This document shows positions 8,452-18,880 of a DNA stretch of 33,996 bases, piece after piece. How positions within the stretch are numbered: the stretch's first letter is position 1; each line of letters opens with the position of its first letter. A program made the position numbers and the translations under genes. Source of the stretch: a virus. Taxonomy: Duplodnaviria > Caudoviricetes. Location of the stretch: positions 1-33,996 of the IMG/VR virus record IMGVR_UViG_3300020161_002697. The stretch is one strand, 5' to 3'. Below the pieces are notes generated by a model that had not been told where the DNA came from, did no database searches, and worked only from the letters and a program-made list of their open reading frames with translations.

Positions 8452-9744
8452 ATGACAGTAACACATAGAAGCATATCAGTATCATCAGAGGCATCTTTTG
8501 GCTCTATCGATAGCTCAACCGGTCTCCCATCTCCTAGCGGACTCAGCTTTATCTCTCTGCCCTGCGAGCGTGATCCCATCGTGATCTATGGCGATGTGGT
8601 AGTCAATGAAAGAAGCGAGGGGCGTGATGGTCCTCATGGACTGCCTCCAGAGCCTGACACAGTATGGAGCGGATCAAGCAGAGTGCAGAGACGCACAGGG
8701 CAAGTGCAAATCACTATCGATTTTACTACAGTCGGGGCAGATGCAAATACTTATGCAGGGACAGGGCTTGGCAAGCTTTTAAATGCGGGCTTCCTAACTA
8801 GCCTCCCTCTTTTCACAAGTGCTGACACTGTCACCGGCGACGATGTCAATTTTTTCACTCCCACAACCACAAACACAAATTATAAGATTGGCGGTATTGT
8901 CGGTAGTATCATTGCGGGGCGTTGTGAGTACTCAGCAGTGACTAGCAACAATAGAGCAGGTGCAGGCAAGATTGGCGTTTCTCCTGCTTTTAGCGATGAG
9001 CCTGCCACAGTCTATCCGCTTCAAACTTGGTATGTTCCCACTTCAACCTCAAGCGGGCAAGTGGTCGAATCACTTTGTTTTAGAGTCGACGGAGTGGGCT
9101 TTAGAACCTATGCTTATGGTTGTAAGCTGGCATCTCTAAATATCAGCGTGACTAATGGTCGCCTATTGGGACAATTTACATTCCAAGCAGCTCTCATCCA
9201 AGACGATCACGCTAACGCAAGCGGTCCTGTCGAGCCTGTTGTTTTAGGCGGTGCGACTCAGCATTTTAGAAATGCTTATGCGGTAGTTTCTAGCCCTGTG
9301 ACATATTCTAGAAGCAATATCGCAGGCACTACAGGCGAAGAGCTAGATCGTATCGCTTTAGATGCTGAGACTTTTACATTTAATATCACAAACACATTAA
9401 CGCCCAAGGGCTTCTCAAATAACATTTTGACCATGTCCGACATGGAAGTAAGCAATGTTGATCTTGAATGTACCATCACCTTGTCAGCAGTAAAAAGCGA
9501 TATCGCAGACGATTTCAAAGATAGAGTTATCCGTCAAGTGTTAATAGGAACAGGACCTATCGGGAATGGCAAGGGCATGGCTTTATTTATCCCTGCAGGA
9601 TATCTCACAGTCGATCCCAACAAGTATGATGTGAGCGGTGAGATTGTGAAGCAAGCCTTGACCTATAAGCATACCCGATTCGGCGGTGATGTGGGTACTA
9701 CACAGCCCGCAAATAGCCCTATCAGACTAGCACTAGGAATCTAA
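8452..9744 (+). CDS. major tail tube protein
   Basis: 430 aa, beta-rich (YGCKLASLNIS, FTFNITNTL). Precedes the chaperone/frameshift pair and tape measure. No sheath gene seen. Confidence 0.7.
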   Translation: MTVTHRSISVSSEASFGSIDSSTGLPSPSGLSFISLPCERDPIVIYGDVVVNERSEGRDGPHGLPPEPDTVWSGSSRVQRRTGQVQITIDFTTVGADANTYAGTGLGKLLNAGFLTSLPLFTSADTVTGDDVNFFTPTTTNTNYKIGGIVGSIIAGRCEYSAVTSNNRAGAGKIGVSPAFSDEPATVYPLQTWYVPTSTSSGQVVESLCFRVDGVGFRTYAYGCKLASLNISVTNGRLLGQFTFQAALIQDDHANASGPVEPVVLGGATQHFRNAYAVVSSPVTYSRSNIAGTTGEELDRIALDAETFTFNITNTLTPKGFSNNILTMSDMEVSNVDLECTITLSAVKSDIADDFKDRVIRQVLIGTGPIGNGKGMALFIPAGYLTVDPNKYDVSGEIVKQALTYKHTRFGGDVGTTQPANSPIRLALGI

Positions 9745-9745
9745 A

Positions 9746-10258
9746 ATGCTCTCATTTTCTACATCTTCACTCACTACCATTGAGGTAGCAATCACTTGCG
9801 ACACAGCTCTAGACATGACAGATCAAGACAAGGTTTTATATCTCAAGGGACAAAGAAATCTCTTGAAATGCAAGCCCGATCAAAATCCTAGCTTATTCGT
9901 GTTAAAAGCCTTATCGCCTGCTGAGAGAGAGGATGCAGAAATCAAAGCAGGGGCATATACTAGAAGCGAGCTGGGGCGTATGCTATATCTAGAACAGCCT
10001 GACAGTAGCAAAGACCGAGCCTATTGGCACGACTCACTCACAGACAAAGAAAAGACAGCCCTAGCAGAGTACAACGCATATCTAAATCGTGTATATCAAG
10101 AGATGATCAAGATCTCGTGCGTTGAAATCAAGGGCGTCAATGGGAAGCCTTGGGATTTGATTCAATCGATTAAACCAGATATTGTGAGAGTGCAGACAAT
10201 CGGCGAGCTAGTCGCCCACATATCAAATCTATCTCTGCTAGGTGAAGCGGGAAAATAG
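9746..10258 (+). CDS. tail assembly chaperone (lambda gpG-equivalent)
   Basis: Lies between tube and tape measure; ends ...GCG GGA AAA TAG, containing a slippery heptamer. Confidence 0.75.
   Translation: MLSFSTSSLTTIEVAITCDTALDMTDQDKVLYLKGQRNLLKCKPDQNPSLFVLKALSPAEREDAEIKAGAYTRSELGRMLYLEQPDSSKDRAYWHDSLTDKEKTALAEYNAYLNRVYQEMIKISCVEIKGVNGKPWDLIQSIKPDIVRVQTIGELVAHISNLSLLGEAGK
10249..10255 (+). other. programmed -1 ribosomal frameshift site G GGA AAA
   Basis: XXXYYYZ heptamer GGGAAAA just before the stop (lambda G-T uses GGGAAAG). The -1 frame is open from here to 10686. Confidence 0.85.
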
Positions 10259-10686
10259 CTATCGCATCCTCAATATGGCTATCGCAAAACAAGGGGCGAT
10301 CATGGGGATGCGAGCAATGTAAATCACAGCCAAGGCTGAGGGGATTGCGTGGAGATTGTGGCGGTGCATTTAAGCGGGGATTGCCTCATCTAGATGAGGA
10401 TGAGCAGGGCTTGTTTATCCCTGCGTATAGAGTAGCGCCTAACTGCTCAGAAGAGTACAGCGATCTAAAAATAAGATCATGCCCTGTGGCATCTGCAAAC
10501 CTCATCGCCCCGATCGCTCAAAATTATTTTAGGCATATCAATAACTTATTTGATTTAAAAAACGCATATCCTAGCCCGTCTTGTGCTATTGTAGAGGCGA
10601 TAGATTTATTGCATCATCACTACACAGAGCTAAAAAATAAGCTTGCTCAAGAGCAAATAGAGGAGGCACAAATTGGCAGAAAATAA
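10249..10686 (+). CDS. frameshift extension of the tail chaperone (gpT-equivalent)
   Basis: The -1 frame reads GKIAIASSIWLSQNKGRSWGCEQCKSQPRLRGLRGDCGG... and is in frame with track ORF 10345..10686. Confidence 0.75.
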   Translation, partial: GKIAIASSIWLSQNKGRSWGCEQCKSQPRLRGLRGDCGGAFKRGLPHLDEDEQGLFIPAYRVAPNCSEEYSDLKIRSCPVASANLIAPIAQNYFRHINNLFDLKNAYPSPSCAIVEAIDLLHHHYTELKNKLAQEQIEEAQIGRK

Positions 10687-12820
10687 AATAGAGATTGAGG
10701 TTGATGTCATAGGCATGGAATCAGCTCAAAAAAAGCTAGATGGCATAGAGGGATCAGCCAAGGGCATCGGAGAGAGCGTCAAGGGCGTTGGCGAGAGCTT
10801 CAAGGGCGTCGGAGCGGTGGTATCTGCTCAGGGCGGGGCTATGGGTGAAGCCTTTGGGGCTCTTGGTGAGTCAGTCAGTGGCGTAGTCGACGGCGTGGGG
10901 CAGTTTAGCGAGGCACTACAAAGCGGTGGTAAAATAGGCATCTCGTCAATCTTGGGCTTGCTAGGTCCCATCTCTGCAATAGTCGGGGCTTTGGCTTTAG
11001 CTGTCGAGGCTTGGCGACAGTTTAGCGGTGCTGCTAAAGAAGCCGAGCAGATAGAGGCGGCAGTCAGTGCGGCAGCAGGCGATCTCACTGCAAAGATGGA
11101 GGAACTAGCAGATAAAGGAATCAAGGCAACATCTGATCAGCTTAAAAGCTTAATTTCATTAAATACAGAAGCTAGGTTAAAACTAGAAATATTAAATGAG
11201 AAAAATGCTAGTTTAACAAAAATCTATATTGAGCAGATGACAGCAGAGCGAGATTTAATTCGAGTTAAAGAAAAATATAAAAGTCTGACAAAAGAAGAGC
11301 TTTCTACTTTATCGGATTTAACTGCTGCTAACTTTAGATTAAAAGAGGCTAATCAGGCAGTAGCCAAGGCTCAAGATGAATTAACTCAGGGATATACTGA
11401 TGCACTTCCAGCAATAGAAAAGGCGCAGGAATATCAAAGAAATCTAGCTATGACTCAGCAAGAGGCGACAGATGCCTTGAAGGCTCAACTTGAGATACAA
11501 AAGCAACACAATGATTTATTATTAGCGACATCTGATCTCAGCGATTACGAGCGTAATATACAGGCTAAGGAAGATGAATTGATGGTTGATAGAGAGCTAT
11601 CAGCCCAGAGAAATAAAAGCATAGCTGAGATACAGGCTCTCACAAAATCAATAGAGGATGAAAATAAAACTAGGTCTGAGGGCGAGGAATTATATCTAAA
11701 AGAAATTAAAAATCAAAAAGAATTGCAGGCATTAAAAGATGCAGAAGTCAAGCGACTAAAGGATGAAACCAAGGCAAGGAGCGATGCTTTTAGGGCAAGA
11801 CAACAGCAGTTAATCGGAGAGCAATCACAAATCAACGCCCTGAGAATACAGCTAGAAAAAGACGGGATTGATGAACAAATAGCACTAGCCGTCAACACAT
11901 ATACAACTCAGCAAAAATTAAATAAAAATAATAAAAATCAACTGATAATTGCAGAATTACAATATCAACAGCAATTAAATAATATTGCAGATCAAGAGAT
12001 AGCAAGGCAACAAGCATCTCAGCTCGCTTTAGAGCAGTCTCAGCTCGCTAAAATTAAGGCTCTTGAAGATGAGAGGAATAAAGAGATCGAGATAGAAAAG
12101 ACCAAGGAACAGGCTAAAAAAGATCTAACCGACAAGATAGCCTTGCTAGATATACAGCTCACACAGACGGGCTATGATCAGCAGATCGCAATGCTAAATA
12201 AGCAGATGGAGATTGAGCTTGCTATTGTTGAAAAGGGCAGTTTAGCAGAGCTAGAAATCAAAAAGAGATATCAGCTTGCGACCAAGGGAATGCACAATGA
12301 AAGCATTACAATGCTCAGAGATTTTGCAGACGCACAGGCTCAATCTTTTACTGCATCCTTGGCATCTGCCATCATGGGCGGGGAATCGATTCAAGCTGTA
12401 CTCAAGGCGAGTCTGCAGGGCTTGGCTACCGAGGCACTAGCACGATCTTTATATGAGGGGGCGGCAGGCTTGGCGAGTCTCGCCCTTGGTCCTATCGGTG
12501 GCGTGCCTGCATCTCAACATTTTGCTGCGTCTGCTGCCTTTGCGGGCGTGGCTACTGTGGCAGGATTGGCGGGGGCGTCTATTCCATCCTCAAAAGCTAG
12601 TGCATCAAGTGGATCGTCTCCAAGCGGGATGGCACAGACAACACAGGTACAACGCCCAGAAGCTCAAAAAAGCGAGCCTATGGTTTTCAATGTAAACTTC
12701 TCAGGGGCGACTATCTATGATACAAAAGAGTCTGCCAAGAGAGCTCTCAGCGATGAGATAGTCAAGTACATAAATGAACCTCGCAGGGGAAGCCCTCGAT
12801 TGAGAGTACAAAATGCCTAG
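10673..12820 (+). CDS. tape measure protein
   Basis: 715 aa, TTG start after GAGGAGG. Gly/Ala hydrophobic termini flank a long Gln/Glu/Lys coiled coil; follows the G/T pair. Confidence 0.85.
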   Translation: MAENKIEIEVDVIGMESAQKKLDGIEGSAKGIGESVKGVGESFKGVGAVVSAQGGAMGEAFGALGESVSGVVDGVGQFSEALQSGGKIGISSILGLLGPISAIVGALALAVEAWRQFSGAAKEAEQIEAAVSAAAGDLTAKMEELADKGIKATSDQLKSLISLNTEARLKLEILNEKNASLTKIYIEQMTAERDLIRVKEKYKSLTKEELSTLSDLTAANFRLKEANQAVAKAQDELTQGYTDALPAIEKAQEYQRNLAMTQQEATDALKAQLEIQKQHNDLLLATSDLSDYERNIQAKEDELMVDRELSAQRNKSIAEIQALTKSIEDENKTRSEGEELYLKEIKNQKELQALKDAEVKRLKDETKARSDAFRARQQQLIGEQSQINALRIQLEKDGIDEQIALAVNTYTTQQKLNKNNKNQLIIAELQYQQQLNNIADQEIARQQASQLALEQSQLAKIKALEDERNKEIEIEKTKEQAKKDLTDKIALLDIQLTQTGYDQQIAMLNKQMEIELAIVEKGSLAELEIKKRYQLATKGMHNESITMLRDFADAQAQSFTASLASAIMGGESIQAVLKASLQGLATEALARSLYEGAAGLASLALGPIGGVPASQHFAASAAFAGVATVAGLAGASIPSSKASASSGSSPSGMAQTTQVQRPEAQKSEPMVFNVNFSGATIYDTKESAKRALSDEIVKYINEPRRGSPRLRVQNA

Positions 12821-14006
12821 TTATGATAAATCGCCTAATTTCATGCTCATGAGCGACTTTGACGCCCGCAATTTCACATCGACGCTTTACACAAGGGCGG
12901 GATCAAATATTGCGTTAAATGGCAGTGGGCAAGTTGTTTTTAATGATCCCGTATATTTTTTAAATGGGCGTGGTCAGTCTGCCACAACATCGCTCAAAGC
13001 GTGCCTAGAAGCCGATCTAGGCGATACATGGACTATCTCTATAGATAGTCAAGATCGTATCAAGTGGGAATGCACAGCTAGTCAAAATCAAGACATTGAG
13101 ACTCAATTTGGCGGTGGTGGCATTTGGGGACTAGACGGCGATTATACAAACATGAGCGGGACATCAGTCACCTTTGCGGGGCAGTGGCAGAGAGGGAATC
13201 AAATTTTTTGGTCTGCTGGCAGTGCTCTATATGGGCGTATATCATATAGCGACTCATCGACTGCATACCCCACTTATTATCCATCATTCCCGGTTGCCCA
13301 AGATATCCCATCGCTTTTATCTGTTCGATCGGGCAGTGGCATTTATTGCCTGCAGTCAGCAGAGGAAGCCTTATTTAGCGACTATGTGCAATGGGTTCTC
13401 GGCGATGACGGCAAGGTGATGCAGATCGTCAATTATGTCGCAAATGCAAACCTAGTTAATTTCTCTTGGACTGATACAGCCTTTAGAGACAGATTAGGAT
13501 TTAGCGGGCTCGAGACATGGCAGACGATCTATGGTCGCAAGGTCATGATCGCTGATAACGTCATGCCCGGCGTTCTAGCGCCGTCTCGTCCATACGAGGA
13601 TCATCATTTAGCATTCGATAGAATAAGCGACACTAGGAGAAAAGGAGATGGTAGCTATGGCACAAACTTTAAAGGCAATTTTGCAAAATCTGTTCTGCGA
13701 TTTTATATCGATGGTATCGCAGACATACAGGACGACTATCGTCGACTTGTATTTGATCTTGGCGAGTATTTCTATATAGGCGCAAAGATCAGTTTAATTC
13801 AAGAGGTGGGCGAGCCAAGATTGAATCGCATGACTACTCAGATCAATGCGACATCGCCTGCATATAGCCTCACTCATACAAGCGAGGACAATGGAATGCA
13901 CGGCATTATCACAGGCACGATCACAAGCATCACTAGCGATCTGCCCTTTGAAAACCGCATCATGAGACGCATCCCCGTCTCGATGGAGATTGCCCATGAC
14001 AAATAG
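12813..14006 (+). CDS. tail tip protein (distal-tail position)
   Basis: 397 aa beta-rich ORF directly after the tape measure; position only. Confidence 0.5.
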   Translation: MPSYDKSPNFMLMSDFDARNFTSTLYTRAGSNIALNGSGQVVFNDPVYFLNGRGQSATTSLKACLEADLGDTWTISIDSQDRIKWECTASQNQDIETQFGGGGIWGLDGDYTNMSGTSVTFAGQWQRGNQIFWSAGSALYGRISYSDSSTAYPTYYPSFPVAQDIPSLLSVRSGSGIYCLQSAEEALFSDYVQWVLGDDGKVMQIVNYVANANLVNFSWTDTAFRDRLGFSGLETWQTIYGRKVMIADNVMPGVLAPSRPYEDHHLAFDRISDTRRKGDGSYGTNFKGNFAKSVLRFYIDGIADIQDDYRRLVFDLGEYFYIGAKISLIQEVGEPRLNRMTTQINATSPAYSLTHTSEDNGMHGIITGTITSITSDLPFENRIMRRIPVSMEIAHDK

Positions 14007-15033
14007 CTTTACTCTGCCCTTGGCGGGCAATAACGCAAGGCTAGAGCCTGATGCGTTCATAGCGGGGAAGGACATCAGCGACCTACAGAGTCAGCTTGGC
14101 AAGGTGGGCAGACTGCAGAACTACATCCACGCCTATCATGGTACAGGTGCGATCATAACTCAGCACTTTGAGGATGGCATATTCTATTATTCATCAGCTA
14201 CCTTGAGAGAGGTCTGCAGATGGAGAATCCCTGCAATATCAGCAAATCATAAGACGATAAAGATCACGCTCAAGGGCAGTGGCACAAATGGCAAAGCCTT
14301 TTTTACTCTCTCGAATAGCAGTAGCTCAGGCTCAAAGGATTTTACCTTCAATTCTGGCAAATATGATCAAGGCTCGATTGCCTTGGCGTCTGTGAGTGCT
14401 GAGTATAGCTATCTAGTTTTGAGCGTGCAGAATACGATACAGCTCGATTATCTATGTATCGAGTATCTGCCTCTCACTTCCCCATTGGCAGAGAGCAGAG
14501 TAAACGCCGTCTATATGAACAGCTTTTTTTATCCCTTTGGCGATGATTCTTTTGATGCAGATCAACCTCTCTCATCAGCCCTAGGGCAACAGCTCATAAA
14601 CAATGTGCGAGTACTGCAGAAGAGACCTCGTATGCTTTTTAGTGCGAGCGGGCTAGATCTTCCAGAGTCAACAACAAGCCCGACCTTTGGGCTCGTGCGA
14701 CCACAAAAGGGCTTGACCGTCAATGATTTATTTGCACTAAATACAAGCTTCATTTCATGGTATAATCGCAATAGGCTCGGATTTACATATAAGCTAGTCA
14801 TGTATGTCGAGAACTTGACCGCCCATGACTTCTCTTTTTCTGTATATAATAGGCAGATCACGATCACTGCAGGCACGACAGCACAGTGGATCGAGTATGA
14901 CATCGCAACGATTTTCAATGCTGACGGCGTGGACGGCGATCTATCTATGCCCTTGATTGAGTTTTCACCTAGGATGACATACTTTTTGACAAACGCATCA
15001 CCTATCTTATCGATCTCTTTCTGGGGGGCATGA
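13996..15033 (+). CDS. virion tail protein, unknown family
   Basis: GGAG at 13985-13988, ATG at 13996 (track uses TTG 13990). Beta-rich, within the tail operon. Confidence 0.5.
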   Translation: MTNSFTLPLAGNNARLEPDAFIAGKDISDLQSQLGKVGRLQNYIHAYHGTGAIITQHFEDGIFYYSSATLREVCRWRIPAISANHKTIKITLKGSGTNGKAFFTLSNSSSSGSKDFTFNSGKYDQGSIALASVSAEYSYLVLSVQNTIQLDYLCIEYLPLTSPLAESRVNAVYMNSFFYPFGDDSFDADQPLSSALGQQLINNVRVLQKRPRMLFSASGLDLPESTTSPTFGLVRPQKGLTVNDLFALNTSFISWYNRNRLGFTYKLVMYVENLTAHDFSFSVYNRQITITAGTTAQWIEYDIATIFNADGVDGDLSMPLIEFSPRMTYFLTNASPILSISFWGA

Positions 15034-15686
15034 TGGCAATAATACCAAGTACGACAATCTTTGCTCCATCGCCTAGCGAGGCAAATGCGGGCGTCCCCGT
15101 CCATAGTGCAGTCATGATGCTGATAGCAGATCAGACAAATCACCTTGCTTTTGCCAAGGCTAAAAGACATCAAATCGGCTTTGTTAATCGAACCTATCCT
15201 AGGACATGGACGCAGAATCAATCCGACTACACAACTGAGAGCTACTATATCGATCAAATATCTGTAGGGGATACAAATAGGGCATATACGCAAATTCTAC
15301 AGACAACCTCAAATTGCAGATATATTGTTTTTTCTTTTGCCTATAGAACGCATGAGAATTCGACAAGATCAATCGAAATTACCGCTTTTAGAAATCCTCG
15401 CACAACGCAAGATATAATCGATAATGGATGTCTTTTGAGCGTGGCTAATGGACAGCTATCGTCCACTTATGATCCCGATGGATCAGCTAACTATTGGAAT
15501 CAAGCATCAGTGTCTAGCGGTGGCAATATATCATCGACATCGATTTTGCAGACGCTTTATCCTAGACCGCTATTTATCCCAGAGGCTTACAGGGGACAAG
15601 AGATAGGCGTTAAATTTGATTGTATTAGAGTAAGACTTGATAATATTTGTTTATATGAGGCTTTTGACGAGGTGATAAATGATTGA
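15030..15686 (+). CDS. virion tail protein, unknown family
   Basis: 218 aa, ATGA overlap with the upstream gene, within the tail operon. Confidence 0.5.
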   Translation: MMAIIPSTTIFAPSPSEANAGVPVHSAVMMLIADQTNHLAFAKAKRHQIGFVNRTYPRTWTQNQSDYTTESYYIDQISVGDTNRAYTQILQTTSNCRYIVFSFAYRTHENSTRSIEITAFRNPRTTQDIIDNGCLLSVANGQLSSTYDPDGSANYWNQASVSSGGNISSTSILQTLYPRPLFIPEAYRGQEIGVKFDCIRVRLDNICLYEAFDEVIND

Positions 15687-18318
15687 CGATGATAGAACAG
15701 CTCGAATTTATGGGCTAGAAATAGCAGGGCTTGCGACTCGCTTTTATTACAGGGCATCGCCCTTTATTGCTGAGGTCATAGGATCATCACCTGATGAGAT
15801 ATCATATACGGATATCGACTGCATAGAGAGCATCAGCGACTATGTGGCAGACCTAGAGCCTAGCGGTGGCATAGCGACATATTCGCCCATGAGTGTCAGC
15901 CTTGTTATGGATAGGATGAGAGGCACTAGTCAAGATCCTCATCGAATTTTTGGGCGTGTCATGCGTTCATCGTCTGTGTGGAGTGGTCAGCTAGTGCAGG
16001 CTATCGCTAGGGATGATGATCAGCCCACTATCATAGTCGATAGTGATCCATCGCTCTCATATCCTCATCTAGTGCATATCGGGGCAGAGTCTTTTTTGAT
16101 CAGTGGTCAATCTCAGGTCGGAGATGTGTATCATTTGACTTGTGAGCTACGCATCGGATTTAGGCAGATGCACGACATTAGACTAGACGGGACAGATACG
16201 CCTATGGCGACAAGCGAGATCGTCTCTTGGCGTGGACGGCAGGCGTCGATCTACTGTGCTAGTATCGATGAAAATGGTATTATCACAGACAATCAAATCG
16301 TTTTTCATGGCATGATTGAGCGATCGCCTGACATCAGCGACCTGACCGCAATATCAATATCAATCGTCCCGATTTCTGCCATCGTCGACAACAAAGTGGC
16401 AGGTCCTAAAAACAGCACTCAGCTAGTGCATGGGCATCATTATTTTGATCAATCGGCTAGATATAGGATAAATAACATTCAAAAATTAGGCGACAATAGA
16501 TCGTTTATAGGTGGAGGATATTTTATAGAGTTTTCAAGTGGGCTTGCGTCAACCGATGAGATCATGGATAAGATCAACTCGATCTCAAGAGGTGCAGAGC
16601 CCGGCACTTGGTTTATCAAAAGACAGGCAGGTGGATATTATTTAGTCTTGAATCCGCATAGCAACGCAAGCACAGTGCATCAGGTTTTCACTGATGACAT
16701 CAACCTAGTAAAGCTAGATCAGCTATCTAGATCGGGCAATGATTTAGACTTTAGATATATATCAGATGATCCCATATGTCTAAATTTTGGCGTCAATTTC
16801 TCATCAAGTGAAGCTCCCATTAGAACCGCCAAGGATGAGAAGGCATATCAATTTGATATAGATAGAGATCTAAATTTGTACTATTATTTATATCAAACTG
16901 AGACTTATGCAGAATATCAAATCAAGGGCGTAGCCTTGGGATGGTATGAATATGGAGAAAAATATTTACTTGTGCAGGACTCTTTAGGTCTGCCCGCTTC
17001 CTATGATGGCACGCTCTATGCGATAGAGATCAAGGCATATGGCAAGACATTTAAGGCGATGGCAAAAAGTGAGACCGCTGTATCAGTGGGATATCTCATC
17101 GAGCTAGATCAGGATAATGTCTATAATAGAGGTCTGCCAAGCTTTGGCGACTTCCTAGATTCTACCGAGAAAATCGAGATATCAAGAGGGCTATTGATTG
17201 AGAATAAGCCCGCTGGTGAAGTCATGCTCGAGATACTAGAGAGCGGGGGCGGTGGCGGTATAAATGGGGCATACGATTTGCACTTGGTGGGATGTAATAT
17301 TGATGAGGCTTTTATCGATGAGCAGAGCTTCTTATCATATCAAAGTGCAAGTAATATTCGAGATTGGCAATTTAATTTGAGTATTGACGATATCACAGCG
17401 AGAGATATTTTAGAGCCTCTACTGAGAGTCATGGGCTGTGCGATAGTCATGGATAGATCATCATTTTATCCACGCCTAAAGCTGATCAGTGTCGGGCATG
17501 AATCGGATGAGAATCAAGCCTTGATCACTGATGATGATATGCTGATAGACAGCCCTACTTATTGGACTATGTACGAGGATATCATAACGCAATTCAAATT
17601 TATTTATGACCTGCAGAACGAGAAGCCAACCGAGAGAGTTATAAATAATTTTGCTGCCATCAATCAGCTTGCGGGCGAGACTAGAAGCGAGGAATATAAA
17701 CTATATGGGCTAACCTCCGAGATTGTGGGCAATGCAAGAGCGGGGGATTTTCTGCAGTTTTTTAGGGCTACCTATTCCCGCTTATTCCGATTATATGGAC
17801 AGGCGATCAGGCAATGGGTTTTTTCTATCACATCGGGGGCGGGCTTTAGTCTCGATGTAGGATCAAGCCTGAGAGTATCCAGTGATTTTCTCAAGGGATA
17901 CAGTGATGACTATGGGATCATCGATCAAGTCGGGCTGATCGTCTCGATGAGGCTATCCCTATTCGGTGAGGGCTGTGAATTAAAATTAAATCATTATGGA
18001 TTGAGCTCGCCCACATGGAACGCATCGGCGAGAGTGGATCAGGTGATCAACTCGACGACCGTCTCGATAGTCGCAGATCAATTCTCGGCATCAGACAAAT
18101 CTTTTTTTAGTGTCGGTGATGCTGTCGTGCGATATACATGGGGAGCAAACGATAGCAAAACAGCCCTGACAATATCTCAAATAAACGGGCTTCAGATTGT
18201 TTTTAGTGGCAGTCATGGAGCTACTGCAGGCGACATCATACAGCCTGCATCGTATACACTAGCAAGCACAGCCCACAAAAAAAGGGCATACATAGATAGA
18301 GGATATAAGTATGAGTGA
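15679..18318 (+). CDS. large tail tip / baseplate hub protein
   Basis: 879 aa acidic beta-rich protein with a hub-like segment (DILEPLLRVMGCAIVMDR..PRLKL); precedes the fibre genes. Confidence 0.55.
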   Translation: MIDDDRTARIYGLEIAGLATRFYYRASPFIAEVIGSSPDEISYTDIDCIESISDYVADLEPSGGIATYSPMSVSLVMDRMRGTSQDPHRIFGRVMRSSSVWSGQLVQAIARDDDQPTIIVDSDPSLSYPHLVHIGAESFLISGQSQVGDVYHLTCELRIGFRQMHDIRLDGTDTPMATSEIVSWRGRQASIYCASIDENGIITDNQIVFHGMIERSPDISDLTAISISIVPISAIVDNKVAGPKNSTQLVHGHHYFDQSARYRINNIQKLGDNRSFIGGGYFIEFSSGLASTDEIMDKINSISRGAEPGTWFIKRQAGGYYLVLNPHSNASTVHQVFTDDINLVKLDQLSRSGNDLDFRYISDDPICLNFGVNFSSSEAPIRTAKDEKAYQFDIDRDLNLYYYLYQTETYAEYQIKGVALGWYEYGEKYLLVQDSLGLPASYDGTLYAIEIKAYGKTFKAMAKSETAVSVGYLIELDQDNVYNRGLPSFGDFLDSTEKIEISRGLLIENKPAGEVMLEILESGGGGGINGAYDLHLVGCNIDEAFIDEQSFLSYQSASNIRDWQFNLSIDDITARDILEPLLRVMGCAIVMDRSSFYPRLKLISVGHESDENQALITDDDMLIDSPTYWTMYEDIITQFKFIYDLQNEKPTERVINNFAAINQLAGETRSEEYKLYGLTSEIVGNARAGDFLQFFRATYSRLFRLYGQAIRQWVFSITSGAGFSLDVGSSLRVSSDFLKGYSDDYGIIDQVGLIVSMRLSLFGEGCELKLNHYGLSSPTWNASARVDQVINSTTVSIVADQFSASDKSFFSVGDAVVRYTWGANDSKTALTISQINGLQIVFSGSHGATAGDIIQPASYTLASTAHKKRAYIDRGYKYE

Positions 18319-18505
18319 TGACAAAAAGCCCTTAACGATGAAATTTTTATCCGATGAGATCGAGCTACTCAAGGATGAAATCGAGGCACTAAAAAGGCAA
18401 ATCAACGCTTTTTCTATGCGAGAGCAAAATATTGAAAAACAAACAAAAAAAATCGTTATACTGCATGATGAACCTATAACAATAAAGGCTAAGAACCATG
18501 AATAG
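18311..18505 (+). CDS. small coiled-coil hypothetical protein
   Basis: 64 aa, overlaps both neighbours in the operon, heptad LSDEIELLKDEIEALKRQI. Confidence 0.6.
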   Translation: MSDDKKPLTMKFLSDEIELLKDEIEALKRQINAFSMREQNIEKQTKKIVILHDEPITIKAKNHE

Positions 18506-18878
18506 ACTACAGTATGCCATAGGCACAGGCGAATATATCGCTTGCAAGAGCACTTCTGCTAATGCGTCCACCGATTGGACAGATCTAAATAGCAGTGATT
18601 TTATCGACTCTAAAACGGGATCTGCCTTGTCTGCTGACTTGGCTTTTGCTGAGATATCCATCTATAATCCCGGTGCATCAACTGCCTATTTGAAGCTACG
18701 CCCTCGCACAGGTGCAGGCGATTCTACCGCTAATGAGATCTTTATCTTGGCAGGCGGTGCGATCGATCTGCAGTGTGCAGGGCTGAGAGATGGGGCAATC
18801 GTGAATATCGCATATAAAAAAGGTGCGTCAGGCGACAATCTGCAGTTTATTTGTGCATTCAATAGAAAGGCTGTTTAA
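18498..18878 (+). CDS. small beta-sandwich virion protein (possible fibre adaptor)
   Basis: 126 aa (ISIYNPGASTAYLKL...IFILAGGAIDL), directly upstream of the tail fibre. Confidence 0.5.
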   Translation: MNRLQYAIGTGEYIACKSTSANASTDWTDLNSSDFIDSKTGSALSADLAFAEISIYNPGASTAYLKLRPRTGAGDSTANEIFILAGGAIDLQCAGLRDGAIVNIAYKKGASGDNLQFICAFNRKAV

Positions 18879-18880
18879 TC

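Noticed and set aside
11130-12000. AT-rich patches in the tape measure gene as a foreign insertion
   Set aside because: The frame is continuous and Lys/Glu/Asn/Gln-rich coiled-coil composition can explain the bias; no boundary repeats seen.
14562-15293. 243-aa minus-strand ORF and other antisense or alternate-frame ORFs in the track (e.g. 1306..1578, 10828..11124, 23213..23587, 32483..32890)
   Set aside because: They lie wholly opposite or within well-supported, tightly coupled genes and show no motifs; treated as shadow ORFs.
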